From an uncultured delta proteobacterium (GTDB lineage Bacteria > Desulfobacterota > Desulfuromonadia > Geobacterales > Pseudopelobacteraceae), in the NCBI GenBank assembly GCA_963772835.1, contig CAVYYZ010000002.1:256001-320000 (forward strand): 64,000 nucleotides of DNA. Reading direction: 5' to 3'. Position 1 is the stretch's first letter. The number at the start of each line of letters is the position of its first letter. Shown piece after piece: positions 40,360-51,923 of this stretch. The position numbers and the translations under genes are program-made. Below the pieces are notes generated by a model. That model did no database searches, was not told the origin of the DNA, and worked only from the letters and a program-made list of their open reading frames with translations.

Positions 40360-40749
40360 ATGATCTCCCCTTCTTTCTACCACATTGCGATTTATTCGCT
40401 TGTCTCAGTAGTCCTGATAGGAGTGTTGCTGCTTGCTGCATGGTGGCTGGGAGCCAAACGCACTTCCGTCGCCAAACAGATGCCGTACGAGTCGGGAGTC
40501 GCCCCCAGTGGTTCCGCCCGGTTGGCCTGGCCGGTTCCTTTCTATCTGGTAGCAATTTTTTTCATAGTGTTTGATGTCGAAGCTGCCTTTGTCTTTACCT
40601 GGGCAGTGGCCTGGGATCTGTTAGGTATTGCCGGGCTCATCCAGATTACAGTGTTTATTGGTATCCTGTTTGCCGGACTGGCATGGCTCTGGTTAAAAGG
40701 TGGACTCGATTGGGGTCCTTCCCGTGAAAGGATTACAAAGCGTGGATAA
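40360..40749 (+). CDS. nuoA: NADH-quinone oxidoreductase subunit A
   Basis: [20 protein letters not shown] and KGGLDW motifs. Confidence 0.95.
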   Translation: MISPSFYHIAIYSLVSVVLIGVLLLAAWWLGAKRTSVAKQMPYESGVAPSGSARLAWPVPFYLVAIFFIVFDVEAAFVFTWAVAWDLLGIAGLIQITVFIGILFAGLAWLWLKGGLDWGPSRERITKRG

Positions 40750-43114
40750 CGATATCCCACAAAATGTCATCCTCACCCGCCTCGATGATCTGATCAACTG
40801 GGGTCGTGCAAACTCGCTCTGGCCGATGTTCTTCGGGCTTTCCTGCTGTTTTGTCGAAATGATGACCTCATTCACCTCTCGCCATGATGTATCCCGCTTC
40901 GGTGCGGAGGTACTACGCGGTACTCCTCGTGAAGCCGACCTGATGGTGATTGCCGGCACCCCTTTTGTCAAGATGGCCCCTTCGATTCTCCATCTCTACG
41001 AGCAGATGGCTGAACCCCGCTGGGTCATGGCGATGGGAAGCTGTGCAAACTCGGGTGGCATGTATGATGTGTACAGCGTTGTGCAGGGGATCAATCAGAT
41101 TCTGCCGGTGGATGTGTATGTGCCGGGCTGTCCGCCGCGACCTGAAGCCTTTCTTCAGGGGTTGATGCTGCTGCAGGAAAAAATCAGAACCGGAGAGCGA
41201 CCCGCCCGTCCGGTGCTTCACATGCAGGGTGGCTGGCAGGGGACGACCGTACCGGTGCTGGTGCCGGGTGAAACCAAATCCAATGACACCCGTGGGCCGG
41301 GAATGGAGAGGATCAGTATCCGGGGTGCGGCAGCCGGTCATCCGAAAGCATTTCAACCCCGCTCTGACGAGCTTTGGCGCCCTCCGGCTCCGCGACATGA
41401 CTTCCCGGATTTCGGACTGGCGGAAGAAATTGCGCAGCTATTTGACGGACAGGTCTCCGTTGACCCGAGTGCAACTGACATGCTGACGCTACGGGCTCCT
41501 TCGGATCAAGTTCCTGAACTGCTGAAACATCTAAAAACCCGTACCGGACCTTCATTCAAGCGCCTGGAAGATATCGCTGCAGTCGATGATTCCTGCCGCC
41601 GGGAGCGGACCAGCTATCAGGATTTCACCCTCAATTATCATCTTCTTTCTTTTGATCAGCCCGGATACCTCCGTGTAAAGGTCGAGTTGAAAGGTGACAT
41701 TCCTGAGATTCCCACTGTCACCACAGTCTTTCCCGCGGCCAACTGGTATGAACGAGAAGTGTACGATATGTACGGCATTCGCTTCAGCGGTCACCCCAAC
41801 CTGAGCCGGATTCTGATGCCGCACGACTGGGAAGGTCACCCGCTCAGAAAAAGTCACCCTTTCCGCGCCACTGAAATGAAGCCATATACGATCGAGGATG
41901 CCCGCCGCCACGCTCCCCTCCCCGCCGCCGATTTTTTTGAGCGGGTCAATGAGGGAGAGATGATACTCAACCTGGGGCCACAGCATCCTGGTACACATGG
42001 AATTATCCGCTGCATCCTCAAACTTGATGGTGAGGAGATCCGTGATATCGATTTCGACATCGGCTATCACCATCGCGGAGCGGAAAAAATCGCTGAACGT
42101 CAGCAATGGAATCAGTTCATCCCCTATACCGACCGGATCGATTATCTATCGGGAGTTCAGAATAATCTGGCCTACGTCAACTCCGTCGAGCGACTGTGCG
42201 GTATCGATGTCCCGGAGCGGGCTCTGTACATCCGCGTCATGCTGGCCGAACTGTTTCGCGTTGCCAGTCATCTGGTCTGGCTGGGCACGTTCACAGCAGA
42301 CGTCGGAGCTATGACCCCTGTTTTCTACACGTTCACCGACCGGGAAAAGATTTTTGATATCGTTGAGATGATTACCGGCGGACGAATGCACCCCGCCTGG
42401 TTCCGGATCGGCGGTGTTGCTGAAGATCTGCCCGACGGCTGGCAGGCTCCGGTGCGCGCCCTTCTCAATTGGATGCCGGCGCGCCTGAAGGAATATGGGC
42501 AGCTTATCGATGGCAATCCGATTTTCCGGGCACGTTTAAAAGGTGTCGGGGCAATTTCGTTGCAGGATGCCCGGGAGTGGGGCCTGTCAGGCCCCAACCT
42601 GAGGGCGTGCGGAATGGAGTGGGACCTGCGCCGTAACATACCGTACGGCGGATATGAGCGTTTTGATTTTGAGGTTCCAACTGCAGATGGTGGCGACTGC
42701 TGGGCCCGCTATCAGGTGCGGATGCTGGAGATAAGGCAATCACTCCGGATAGTTGAACAGGCGATGCACGGGATGCCGGAAGGACGTTTCATGACTGACG
42801 ATTATCGCTACGTTCTTCCGCAAAAACGGGATGCGCTGCAGAATATCGAATCACTGATCCACCACTTCGTCAACAGCACCCGCGGCATGTCGCCTCCCCG
42901 GGGAGAAAACTACAGCGCCATAGAGGCTCCTAAGGGAGAAAACGGCTACTTTGCCGTATCAGACGGTCTTTCAATCCCCTACCGACTCCGTATCAAGACC
43001 CCCAGTTTTCCCCATATCCAGGCACTGCCCGTTATGAGTCGCGGCTGGCTGCTTGCCGATTTTCTGGCGATACTCGGCTCGGTTGATTTCGTCCTGGCCG
43101 ACCTTGACCGTTGA
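40742..43114 (+). CDS. nuoBCD: Fused NADH-quinone oxidoreductase subunit B/C/D
   Basis: NuoB ([24 protein letters not shown]), NuoC ([17 protein letters not shown]) and NuoD ([29 protein letters not shown]) in one frame; GTG start overlaps the nuoA stop. Confidence 0.95.
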   Translation: MDNDIPQNVILTRLDDLINWGRANSLWPMFFGLSCCFVEMMTSFTSRHDVSRFGAEVLRGTPREADLMVIAGTPFVKMAPSILHLYEQMAEPRWVMAMGSCANSGGMYDVYSVVQGINQILPVDVYVPGCPPRPEAFLQGLMLLQEKIRTGERPARPVLHMQGGWQGTTVPVLVPGETKSNDTRGPGMERISIRGAAAGHPKAFQPRSDELWRPPAPRHDFPDFGLAEEIAQLFDGQVSVDPSATDMLTLRAPSDQVPELLKHLKTRTGPSFKRLEDIAAVDDSCRRERTSYQDFTLNYHLLSFDQPGYLRVKVELKGDIPEIPTVTTVFPAANWYEREVYDMYGIRFSGHPNLSRILMPHDWEGHPLRKSHPFRATEMKPYTIEDARRHAPLPAADFFERVNEGEMILNLGPQHPGTHGIIRCILKLDGEEIRDIDFDIGYHHRGAEKIAERQQWNQFIPYTDRIDYLSGVQNNLAYVNSVERLCGIDVPERALYIRVMLAELFRVASHLVWLGTFTADVGAMTPVFYTFTDREKIFDIVEMITGGRMHPAWFRIGGVAEDLPDGWQAPVRALLNWMPARLKEYGQLIDGNPIFRARLKGVGAISLQDAREWGLSGPNLRACGMEWDLRRNIPYGGYERFDFEVPTADGGDCWARYQVRMLEIRQSLRIVEQAMHGMPEGRFMTDDYRYVLPQKRDALQNIESLIHHFVNSTRGMSPPRGENYSAIEAPKGENGYFAVSDGLSIPYRLRIKTPSFPHIQALPVMSRGWLLADFLAILGSVDFVLADLDR

Positions 43115-43179
43115 TTGTTTCTGCGGGGCAACAGCTTTGCTAATGCACGCGTCCGGGTTTATAAGAGCCCACGCTGTTT

Positions 43180-44256
43180 TCACCCCTGACTTTTCTCGAA
43201 GATATCTGCCATCTCATCCTTTATTTCGTCGAATGCCGCCAGAACCCTCGGGTCAAAATGCTGCGGCGATGTGCGACCATCGCCATTCAAAATGATACCG
43301 CAGGTCTTGGCGTGGTCGAACGCCGGCTTGTAAACCCGGCTGTTACGCAAGGCGTCATACTGGTCAACCAGCATAACAATCCGGCCCTCCATGGGAGCCT
43401 CCTCCATTTGCAAACCTGCAGGATATCCAGTCCCGTCCCATCGTTCATGATGTGTTGCGGCAATGACAGCCCCCATCCGGAGCATGCGGTGCGGAGACCC
43501 TTTCAGGATACGTTCGCCGATGGTGGTATGCAGTTTGATAGTAGCAAATTCCTCAGCCGTCAGGGGGCCCGGTTTCAGCAGAATCGAGTCGGGGATTCCG
43601 ATCTTGCCGACATCGTGCATGGAACTGGCAACAGAGATGTCACTGACAAATTCTTCAGGCATATTCATATGCTGAGCCAGTCGTTCTGCGTACATACCGA
43701 TCCGTGATATATGGAGGCCGGTATCCTCATCACGAAGCTCGGCAGCCGCTGTCAGTCGTTCGATGATTTCCCGGCTCATATGGGTAATTTCACCAAGAGC
43801 CTTATTGAGTTCGGCTGTCCTGACCTCGACCGTGTGTTCCAATTCTGCCTTATAGTTTTTTTCAATCTGTGTCAAGCGCTTGAAATTAACCCCTTTCTCT
43901 ACCGTGTGGATCAGTGACGGAGGGCGGTACGGCTTGATGATAAAATCGAACGCTCCCTTCTGAAGGGCCTTGACCGCCACATCCAGGTCCGCATACGCCG
44001 TCATAAGTACAACCGGCGTTTCCCTGTCAAGAAAGCGAATCTTCTCCAGCAGCTCAAGCCCGTCCATGATCGGCATGTTGATATCGGTCAGCACAAGATC
44101 TACCGGTTCCATGACAAACTGTCTGATGGCCTCCTGACCATTTGAGAAGTGGCTCACCGAAAAACCGAATTCAGTCAGAAGTGCCGATACGCTCTCAAGA
44201 ACAAAGCGGTCGTCATCGACCACAAATATTTTCCCGCCGCTCTTATTGTTCATCAT
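43180..44256 (-). CDS. Response regulator with HD-GYP phosphodiesterase domain (RpfG-like)
   Basis: REC (VVDDD, TDINMP, KP) plus ELRDEDTGLH, HDVGKIG, HHERWDGTGYP and RVYK. Confidence 0.93.
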   Translation of the reverse strand: MMNNKSGGKIFVVDDDRFVLESVSALLTEFGFSVSHFSNGQEAIRQFVMEPVDLVLTDINMPIMDGLELLEKIRFLDRETPVVLMTAYADLDVAVKALQKGAFDFIIKPYRPPSLIHTVEKGVNFKRLTQIEKNYKAELEHTVEVRTAELNKALGEITHMSREIIERLTAAAELRDEDTGLHISRIGMYAERLAQHMNMPEEFVSDISVASSMHDVGKIGIPDSILLKPGPLTAEEFATIKLHTTIGERILKGSPHRMLRMGAVIAATHHERWDGTGYPAGLQMEEAPMEGRIVMLVDQYDALRNSRVYKPAFDHAKTCGIILNGDGRTSPQHFDPRVLAAFDEIKDEMADIFEKSQG

Positions 44257-47200
44257 CCAGAACCTCACGAATTTTCATCAGCAACTCTTTTGGAGAAAAT
44301 GGTTTGGACAGATAATTCATCCCCTCTTCCAGCCTCCCCTGCCCGATGACCACGTCCTTTGCAAAGCCGCTGTAAAAAAGGACCCGCATGCCCGGATCAT
44401 TCTTTCGTATTTCATCATATACCTCCCGGCCATTCATTTTTGGCATAATGACATCAAGGATCACTAAGTTGATGCCACTACCCTGTTCTGAGAACTTAGC
44501 CAGCGCATCCTCGCCATCAACAGCTTCAATAACGGAATAGCCGAACTCTTCCAATATATTTCTGCCAACAACGCGGGTCTGTTCGTCGTCTTCTGCAAGC
44601 AGGACAGAGTATTTACACGGGACATCCGTCACCTTCTTCTGCTCCTTTTCTTCTGTTTCGGCAGTGACTGCATCCAGCAACGGCAGATAAATCAGGAACG
44701 TCGTACCGATCCCTGCAGTGCTGTCGCAAAAAATATAACCGTTATGCTCTTTGATGATACCGTAGACGATTGAGAGGCCGAGGCCGGTTCCCTTGCCCAC
44801 CTCTTTTGTGGTATAGAACGGTTCGAAGACATGCTTCACAACCTCTGGTTCCATTCCGGTACCGTTATCGGAAATGGTCAGGAGCGCGTATTTACCCGGA
44901 AGACCCAATCCTCTGGTGAGAGCAGAGCCGGCGTCAAAGGTGACGACTTTAGTTGTTATAACCATCGCCCCTCCGTTCGGCATTGCATCACGGGCATTGG
45001 TTGACAGGTTCATCAGCACCTGCTCGATCTGACCGCTGTCTGCCAGTACCGGTAACATATGTTGCTGGAGGTTCAGTTCAAGGAGGATGTCCTCGCTGAT
45101 TAGTCGTAGCAGCAGTTGATGGACACGATTTATGATTTCATTCAGGTTTACTACGACCGGGTTCGACGACTGCTTCCGACTGAAGGCCAGCAGCCCCTGA
45201 GTAAGTTTTGCTCCACGCTCAGCGGTAACAGTAATCTGCTCGGCATTCTTATGCAGCGGGCTGTTGTCAGGAAGCTTGAGCTGAATGATACTGGCGTACC
45301 CGACAATAGCCGTCAGAATATTATTGAAATCGTGGGCGATGCCCCCCGCCATCTGTCCGATCGCATCCATTTTCTGTGAATGCCGGAGTTGCCCCTCCAA
45401 CTGTTTTCGGGCCGTGATATCCTCTTTGATGGCAATGAAATGGGAAATAGCATTGCTGGCATCCCTGATGGGCGCAATCAGAGCCTGCTCCCAGTAAAAT
45501 TCGCCATTCTTCTTGCGATTGTGGAATTCACCGCGCCATTCGCCACCGGCGAGAATTGTATCCCATAGCAGTTTGTATTCGTCGTTGGTCGTTTCTCCTG
45601 ACCGGAGAATGTTCGGATTCCGGCCGACCGCTTCTTCGAAACTATAGCCGGTCAACAGGGAAAAGTGCGGATTGACATATTCAATGGTGCCGGAGGTATC
45701 GGTAATCACAATTGAAGCGGGATTCTGCTCAACTGCTACCGATAGCTTACGCAGGTGTTCTTCGACCCTCTTTCGCTCCGCTAATTCCCGCTGGGATTCC
45801 TCGTTGAGCCGGGCGTTCTCAAGCGCGAGCGAAGCCAGTTCACCAAACTGGGCAAGGAGCTCCATCTGCTGATCGCTGAAGGTAACCCCACTTTCAATAA
45901 AGGCAAGCCCAAGCACCCCGACCACTTTATCAGCCACCTTGAGAGGCACACCCGCCATGGCATGCAGGACATCGCGATCCCGGTCCGGGAGCCGCCCCTC
46001 CCAGTTACAGTAATCATCAACCTTTATTGATTCACCCGAATCCCACACACGTCCTGAAACCCCCTCACCACACTTGACCGGGTGATGAATCAGAGCGTCA
46101 TAAATGCCAGTCTGGTAGACCATATCCAATTCTGTTCCGTCACTGTTTACCAGATAGAGAAAGCAGTGCTCCGTCCCGACCAGTCTACCCGAACGGGTGA
46201 CAATCGTTTGCAGGACATTGGAAACTTCCAGTCGCTTGATCAGACCGAGCGTGGTCTCGTGCAGTGCCTGAAGGTATTCATTCTGACGCTGCAGCTGGGC
46301 ATCATATAGCTCTTGTCTTTCGAGATCCTTTTCCAGCCTTATCCGCTGAACATCACTCTGCTGGACGAGTTGATTGAATGCATCCTCCAGCGTGGCGATC
46401 TCATCCCTCCCTTGGACATGGAATACCCGCGCCTCACCTCTCTTTGCAGGCAGCTCTTCCACATGACGGGTAAGCGCAATGATCGGATCCGTTATTCTGC
46501 CCAGATACCGCCGCATGAACCAGAACAGTACACATGAAAAGGCCGGCAGTACCACCAGAAAAACGGCCCGAATTTTATTCGCTGCTGCATACGCCTCATC
46601 CAGTGGATAATTCGCGCCCAGAATCCAGTTTTTTGTTTTAAGGTGCTTAAACGTAGACAGGGCTCTCAGACCACGGCTGTTTACGGTTTCTCCGCTACCG
46701 TCAAATCCTGTCACCGCTCGATCCAGAAGCTTATTGGCGCCGGGCGGAATATCATATTTCATGATGCGGGATGTATCAGGATGGATAAGCATCAGGCGAT
46801 CGCTGTTGAAAAGAAACGAATACCCTTTTTTGCCCATTTTAACACTTGAGATGCTGCCGACAAAAGCCGAACTACTCAAATCGGCACTCCCTCCCAGGAC
46901 CCCCAGCAGGGTGCCGCTGCTGGTGTAAATAGGAGCGGTGAACATGATGGCAGGATGATGTTGCTTCTGGGAAGAGATATAGGGATCAGAGACTAACGGC
47001 TTCCGGGTCGCTATGGTCTGCTTGAAGTATTCGCGGAAAGAAAAATCTTTGCCGACCCGCTCCAGTTCAAGCGGAAGTTCCGCCACTATCAGACCCTCAG
47101 GATTGAATACGAATAGACCGTTATCGAAGTCCTGCAAATGCTCGCTCTGCTGTTTCAGGTACCGCAGGACTTTTTTGGGATCCTTCATCATTTCAGAGGA

Positions 47201-47428
47201 TATTTTTTCGGCGATTCCAACAAGAACATCGGAATTGTGCGCAACATTCCGGTCAATATCCTCCGCAAGAACAGAAATGATCTGGAACTGCTGATTTGAA
47301 ATTGTCTCTTTGATATATTCCTGCAGGAATGAATGTATCAGCAGGAGCAGACAGGCGAACAGAATCGTTATGGCCATCGGGAAAAAGAGGGTGACTTTGG
47401 TTTTAAGAGTAAACTTTTGCATATTCAC
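44243..47428 (-). CDS. Hybrid sensor histidine kinase (Cache-HAMP-GAF-PAS-HisKA-HATPase-REC)
   Basis: Two TM segments around a Cache domain (SFREYF), GRDEIATL HAMP, GAF, PAS (IEYVNP..LTGY), AHDFNN, NARDAM, DNGTGM, FYTTK..GTGLGL, C-terminal REC. Confidence 0.92.
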   Translation of the reverse strand: MNMQKFTLKTKVTLFFPMAITILFACLLLLIHSFLQEYIKETISNQQFQIISVLAEDIDRNVAHNSDVLVGIAEKISSEMMKDPKKVLRYLKQQSEHLQDFDNGLFVFNPEGLIVAELPLELERVGKDFSFREYFKQTIATRKPLVSDPYISSQKQHHPAIMFTAPIYTSSGTLLGVLGGSADLSSSAFVGSISSVKMGKKGYSFLFNSDRLMLIHPDTSRIMKYDIPPGANKLLDRAVTGFDGSGETVNSRGLRALSTFKHLKTKNWILGANYPLDEAYAAANKIRAVFLVVLPAFSCVLFWFMRRYLGRITDPIIALTRHVEELPAKRGEARVFHVQGRDEIATLEDAFNQLVQQSDVQRIRLEKDLERQELYDAQLQRQNEYLQALHETTLGLIKRLEVSNVLQTIVTRSGRLVGTEHCFLYLVNSDGTELDMVYQTGIYDALIHHPVKCGEGVSGRVWDSGESIKVDDYCNWEGRLPDRDRDVLHAMAGVPLKVADKVVGVLGLAFIESGVTFSDQQMELLAQFGELASLALENARLNEESQRELAERKRVEEHLRKLSVAVEQNPASIVITDTSGTIEYVNPHFSLLTGYSFEEAVGRNPNILRSGETTNDEYKLLWDTILAGGEWRGEFHNRKKNGEFYWEQALIAPIRDASNAISHFIAIKEDITARKQLEGQLRHSQKMDAIGQMAGGIAHDFNNILTAIVGYASIIQLKLPDNSPLHKNAEQITVTAERGAKLTQGLLAFSRKQSSNPVVVNLNEIINRVHQLLLRLISEDILLELNLQQHMLPVLADSGQIEQVLMNLSTNARDAMPNGGAMVITTKVVTFDAGSALTRGLGLPGKYALLTISDNGTGMEPEVVKHVFEPFYTTKEVGKGTGLGLSIVYGIIKEHNGYIFCDSTAGIGTTFLIYLPLLDAVTAETEEKEQKKVTDVPCKYSVLLAEDDEQTRVVGRNILEEFGYSVIEAVDGEDALAKFSEQGSGINLVILDVIMPKMNGREVYDEIRKNDPGMRVLFYSGFAKDVVIGQGRLEEGMNYLSKPFSPKELLMKIREVLDDEQ

Positions 47429-47586
47429 ACCTGATCATGTCGTGTCTATTTGCAAACGTGTCCGGTACAATAACACAGTTCTACAGAGTTAGTTATATCA
47501 AATGTGATTCGAATGATAATAACTCCGGGGCAGACCACCGATTGATTTTAAAGCGGAGTGCGACAGAATTTACGGCAACTTTTCTT

Positions 47587-47615
47587 TGGACAAGAGCCGG
47601 GCCATACAGTAATAT
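47587..47615 (+). promoter_or_regulatory. sigma70-type promoter for murA-his
   Basis: TGGACA-17-TAATAT. Confidence 0.5.
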
Positions 47616-47649
47616 GTTCGAATTTAACAGTTATAAGAGGAGCATTTGA

Positions 47650-48903
47650 TTGGACAAACTCATCATCAATGGCGGGAAAAAACTTAAAGGCGACGTAACT
47701 GTCAGCGGTTCCAAAAATGCCTCACTCCCGATTTTTGTTGCGACAATTCTGGCACCTGGTATCAACCAGATCAGCAACGTACCGTTTCTCCGTGATATCA
47801 ACACCACCATCAAGGTACTCGAATCACTTGGTGCCCATGTCGAAGGCAACGGAAATATAGTCAGAATTGACACGACCTGTATCACAAGTCATGAGGCTAC
47901 CTACGATCTGGTTAAAACGATGAGGGCCTCGGTACTGGTTCTGGGACCGCTCCTGGCACGCTTCGGCAAAGCGCGGGTATCTCTGCCGGGAGGCTGTGCC
48001 ATAGGCGCCCGTCCAATCAACCTGCACCTGAAGGGACTTCAGGCGCTTGGCGCTGAAATAACGCTTGAGCATGGCTATGTCGAAGCGAAGTGCCGACACC
48101 TCAAGGGCGCCCGGATCAACTTTGACATTTCGACCGTCGGCGGCACTGAACATCTGATGATGGCTGCTGCAACCGCCACGGGGGAAACCCTTCTGGAAAA
48201 CGCCGCTCGCGAGCCGGAAATAGTTGATTTGGCCCAGTACCTGAACCGTATGGGCGCCAAGATCGAGGGGGCCGGAACCGATACCATCCGGATTCAGGGT
48301 GTTTCCGAACTTGTTGCTGCCGATTATGAGGTCATGCCGGACCGGATCGAGGCAGGCACGTTTATGATTGCGGCTGCAATGACGGGTGGTGACATCCGTA
48401 TCCACCGTATGAAGCTGGAACATCTCGACGCTCTGTCGTTCAAGATGCTGGATGCGGGAGTTGAAATCACCAGCCGCGATGGAGTGGTACGGGTAAAAGG
48501 GCCGAAACGGGTCCAGAGCGTCAACATCAAGACCCGCCCTTACCCCGGATTTCCTACCGACATGCAGGCCCAGTTTATGGCCATGATGTGCGTGGCGGAG
48601 GGCGCAAGCGTCATTTCGGAGAACATATTTGAAAACCGCTTCATGCACGTGTCCGAGTTGCAGCGTTTTGGTGCTGACATCACGGTTGAAGGGAGTACTG
48701 CAACGGTCAAAGGGGTCAAAAAACTCTCCGGTGCCCCGGTCATGGCCACCGACCTGCGGGCCTCGGCCTCGCTGATTCTTGCCGGACTTGCCGCGGAAGG
48801 GGTGACCGAAGTCACCCGCATCTATCATCTGGACCGTGGCTACGAGTCGATAGAAAAGAAATTTGCCGCACTTGGTGCGGATATCGTGAGAGTAAAAGAA
48901 TGA
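47650..48903 (+). CDS. murA: UDP-N-acetylglucosamine 1-carboxyvinyltransferase
   Basis: [31 protein letters not shown] and TDLRA motifs; TTG start with GAGGAG SD. Confidence 0.97.
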   Translation: MDKLIINGGKKLKGDVTVSGSKNASLPIFVATILAPGINQISNVPFLRDINTTIKVLESLGAHVEGNGNIVRIDTTCITSHEATYDLVKTMRASVLVLGPLLARFGKARVSLPGGCAIGARPINLHLKGLQALGAEITLEHGYVEAKCRHLKGARINFDISTVGGTEHLMMAAATATGETLLENAAREPEIVDLAQYLNRMGAKIEGAGTDTIRIQGVSELVAADYEVMPDRIEAGTFMIAAAMTGGDIRIHRMKLEHLDALSFKMLDAGVEITSRDGVVRVKGPKRVQSVNIKTRPYPGFPTDMQAQFMAMMCVAEGASVISENIFENRFMHVSELQRFGADITVEGSTATVKGVKKLSGAPVMATDLRASASLILAGLAAEGVTEVTRIYHLDRGYESIEKKFAALGADIVRVKE

Positions 48904-49547
48904 CTGACTGGATTACCATAGCGATTCCAAAGGGGCGTATTCTGGAAGAATCCGTCGAACTGTTCAGTCAGATCGGCATCAACTGTCGCGAACTGCTTTC
49001 CGACTCCCGCAAGCTTATTTTTGAAAACAAGGAGTTGCGGATACGATATATGATTGTTCGGGCGACCGATGTCCCAACGTACGTCGAGTACGGCAGTGCA
49101 GATCTTGGTATTGTGGGCAAAGATACGCTGATGGAACAGTGCAAGGATGTCTATGAACCGCTCGATCTTAAATTCGGCTACTGCCGTATGATGGTCGCCG
49201 AACCGGCCAATCTGGCAAAGGCTGACGACCCTTCCTGCTGGTCGCATATTCGCATCGCAACCAAATACCCGCATATTACTGAAAACTATTTTGCCGCCAA
49301 AGGTGTTCAGGTTGAAATCATCAAACTCTATGGTTCAATCGAGCTGGCGCCGCTTGTCGGCCTCTCGGACAGGATAGTCGATCTGGTTTCAACCGGGGAA
49401 ACGATGCGCCAGAACGGATTAGTCGAAGTTGAGACCATTGCCGAGATTACCACCCGCCTGATAGTCAACCGGGCCAGCCTGAAAACAAAAAATGCGAGGA
49501 TTTCACACATTATACAGGGATTGGAGCATGTGCTCCAGTTGCACTGA
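48900..49547 (+). CDS. hisG: ATP phosphoribosyltransferase, short form
   Basis: KGR, DVPTYVE.G.ADLG, ATKYP, GSIELAP and DLVSTG motifs; 215 aa without the C-terminal regulatory domain. Confidence 0.95.
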   Translation: MTDWITIAIPKGRILEESVELFSQIGINCRELLSDSRKLIFENKELRIRYMIVRATDVPTYVEYGSADLGIVGKDTLMEQCKDVYEPLDLKFGYCRMMVAEPANLAKADDPSCWSHIRIATKYPHITENYFAAKGVQVEIIKLYGSIELAPLVGLSDRIVDLVSTGETMRQNGLVEVETIAEITTRLIVNRASLKTKNARISHIIQGLEHVLQLH

Positions 49548-49559
49548 GCAAGGTAGATT

Positions 49560-50852
49560 ATGCTTTTTCTCGACATCAACGATTCCGGATTCTCGCAAAA
49601 GTTCGACGCAATTCTTTCGCGCGGGGAAGAGAGCGGGCAGGAAGTTGAGCACATCGTGCTCGATATTATCGCCGCAGTCCGCCAGCGTGGTGATGCAGCA
49701 CTACTGGAGCTGACCCGCCGTTTTGACCGCTTGGAAGCCGCTTCTGTGGCAGAATTGGAAGTTTCTGCAACGGAGATCGACGACGCTTTTGCACAGGTAT
49801 CAGGGGATGAGATTGCTTCTCTGAAACTGGCCGTGGAACGGGTATCCCGTTTCCACGAAAAGCAGAAACAGCAGACCTGGTTATCAACCGAAGAGCCCGA
49901 CATTATGCTGGGTCAAAAAATCACACCGCTGTCACGGGTCGGTATTTATGTCCCGGGCGGCAAGGCCAGTTACCCGAGCAGTGTCATCATGAACGCCGTA
50001 CCGGCCCGTGTGGCCGGTGTTGGAGAAATCATCATGGTGGTGCCCTCCCCCGGTGGCGAGATCAGCCCCCACGTGCTTGTGGCTGCCGCTCTCTCCGGCG
50101 TGAATCGCATTTTCCGGATCGGCGGAGCGCAGGCTGTTGCGGCTCTGGCATACGGCACGGCAACAATCCCGCGGGTAGACAAGATTACCGGGCCGGGAAA
50201 CATCTATGTCGCCACCGCAAAAAAACTGGTGTTCGGACAGGTCGGCATCGACATGATAGCCGGACCGAGCGAAATTCTGGTGATCAATGACGGCAGCGGC
50301 AACCCGGCCCATATCGCCGCCGACCTCCTTTCCCAGGCGGAGCATGATGAACTGGCCTCTTCAATCCTGATAACAACTGACCGCTCTTTTGCAGATAAAG
50401 TGGCTGTTGAGGTAGAACGGCAGCTGGCAACACTGCCTCGCGAAACGATCGCCCGCGCTTCCTGGGAAAAGTACGGCGCTATCATCGTAGCCGACACTCT
50501 GGAGGAGGTGATTGCTTTCTCCAACCGCATTGCACCGGAGCATCTGGAACTGGCAGTGGCGGACCCGTTTGCGATTCTATCCCGGATTACCAACGCCGGC
50601 GCGATATTCATGGGGCACTGGACCCCCGAGGCGGCGGGAGATTACTTGGCAGGGCCGAACCACACTCTCCCGACCGGCGGCACGTCCCGTTTCTTCTCCC
50701 CGCTTTCGGTGGATGACTTTGTTAAAAAATCCTCGATCGTCTTTTTTTCGCAGAGTGGCCTGCAGCGACTGAGTGCCGACATTGTCAGAATCGCCGGACT
50801 TGAAGGACTGGGAGCTCACGGGCGGTCGGTAACAATTCGACAGGAGACGTAG
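49560..50852 (+). CDS. hisD: Histidinol dehydrogenase
   Basis: YVPGG, GGAQA, GPGN, AGPSE, QAEHD, APEHLEL and GPNHTLPT motifs. Confidence 0.97.
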   Translation: MLFLDINDSGFSQKFDAILSRGEESGQEVEHIVLDIIAAVRQRGDAALLELTRRFDRLEAASVAELEVSATEIDDAFAQVSGDEIASLKLAVERVSRFHEKQKQQTWLSTEEPDIMLGQKITPLSRVGIYVPGGKASYPSSVIMNAVPARVAGVGEIIMVVPSPGGEISPHVLVAAALSGVNRIFRIGGAQAVAALAYGTATIPRVDKITGPGNIYVATAKKLVFGQVGIDMIAGPSEILVINDGSGNPAHIAADLLSQAEHDELASSILITTDRSFADKVAVEVERQLATLPRETIARASWEKYGAIIVADTLEEVIAFSNRIAPEHLELAVADPFAILSRITNAGAIFMGHWTPEAAGDYLAGPNHTLPTGGTSRFFSPLSVDDFVKKSSIVFFSQSGLQRLSADIVRIAGLEGLGAHGRSVTIRQET

Positions 50853-51905
50853 ATGACGTACCTTCGCCCCAACATAGCGTCCATGAATGGTTATATCCCC
50901 GGTTTCCAACCGGATGATGCAGCTTCGTGGATCAAGCTTAACACCAACGAAAACCCGTATCCACCATCACCCAAGGTTGTAGAAGCGATACGTGCTGAGA
51001 TGGGAAGTGACGGGGCCTCCCTTCGGACATACCCGAGTTCCTCCAGCCTGAAGCTACGGGAAGCGGCCGGTGAATTGTACGGTTTTGATCCATCATGGGT
51101 CATAATGGCCAACGGTTCCGATGAAGTCCTTAATAATCTTATACGGGCCTGCGCAGGAGAGGGGCAGGATATCGGCTACGTGCACCCGTCTTACTCCTAT
51201 TACTCAACACTGGCTGAGATCCAGGGTGCAATCGTCTGCACCTACGGTTTGACTGACTCGTTTTCTATTGAAGCGTTCCCCGAAAATTACCACGGCAAAG
51301 TATTCTTCCTGACGACCCCTAACTCACCACTGGGGTTTTCTTTTCCGCCGGCGTACATCGAGGCATTGGCGCAGAATTGCGGCGGTCTGCTGGTGATTGA
51401 TGAGGCGTATGCCGACTTTTCCGACTGGAACGCTCTCGACCTGGTAAAAAAGTGCGAAAATGTCGTTGTAACCCGCACCCTGTCAAAGAGTTACGCCCTC
51501 GCCGGCATGCGCCTTGGGCTGGCAATCGCCCGCCCCGAAATCATTGCTGCACTGGACAAGATCCGGGATCACTACAACCTTGATCGGCTTGCCCAGGCGG
51601 CGTGTGTCGCAGCCTTGAAGGATCAGACCTACTTCCGCGAATCCTGCCGCAAAATAGTTGAAACCCGTGAATGGTTCTCCAGGGAGTTGACGGCGATCGG
51701 ATATGACGTGATACCATCACAGGCAAATTTCGTATTCGCATCACCACCGGATAAAAACGGAAAACGGGTGTATGACGGCTTGTATGACCGCAAAATTCTT
51801 GTTCGTTTCCTTTCCGGCCCGCTGCTGTCTCACGGGCTCAGAATTTCGATCGGATCGAAAGAAGATATGACCACAACGCTGGCTGCAATGGCAGAAATCG
51901 GATAA
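50853..51905 (+). CDS. hisC: Histidinol-phosphate aminotransferase
   Basis: [17 protein letters not shown] and [15 protein letters not shown] motifs. Confidence 0.94.
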   Translation: MTYLRPNIASMNGYIPGFQPDDAASWIKLNTNENPYPPSPKVVEAIRAEMGSDGASLRTYPSSSSLKLREAAGELYGFDPSWVIMANGSDEVLNNLIRACAGEGQDIGYVHPSYSYYSTLAEIQGAIVCTYGLTDSFSIEAFPENYHGKVFFLTTPNSPLGFSFPPAYIEALAQNCGGLLVIDEAYADFSDWNALDLVKKCENVVVTRTLSKSYALAGMRLGLAIARPEIIAALDKIRDHYNLDRLAQAACVAALKDQTYFRESCRKIVETREWFSRELTAIGYDVIPSQANFVFASPPDKNGKRVYDGLYDRKILVRFLSGPLLSHGLRISIGSKEDMTTTLAAMAEIG

Positions 51906-51923
51906 AGAAAACCGGGAGGAAAT

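Noticed and set aside
40742..43114. Group 4 [NiFe]-hydrogenase interpretation of nuoBCD
   Set aside because: Lacks the Ni-binding CxxC motifs and has NuoD-type DRIDY and ..DR C-terminus.
47507..47537. TTCGAAT...ACTCCGGGGCAGACCA resembling the tRNA-Arg 3' end (possible attR)
   Set aside because: Needs several gaps and mismatches, and no integrase is present; compatible with chance.
47824..48828. Long antisense ORFs (also 21009..21809, 57039..57818, 58666..59388, 59695..60471)
   Set aside because: Shadow frames opposite well-conserved genes, with no motifs or SD.
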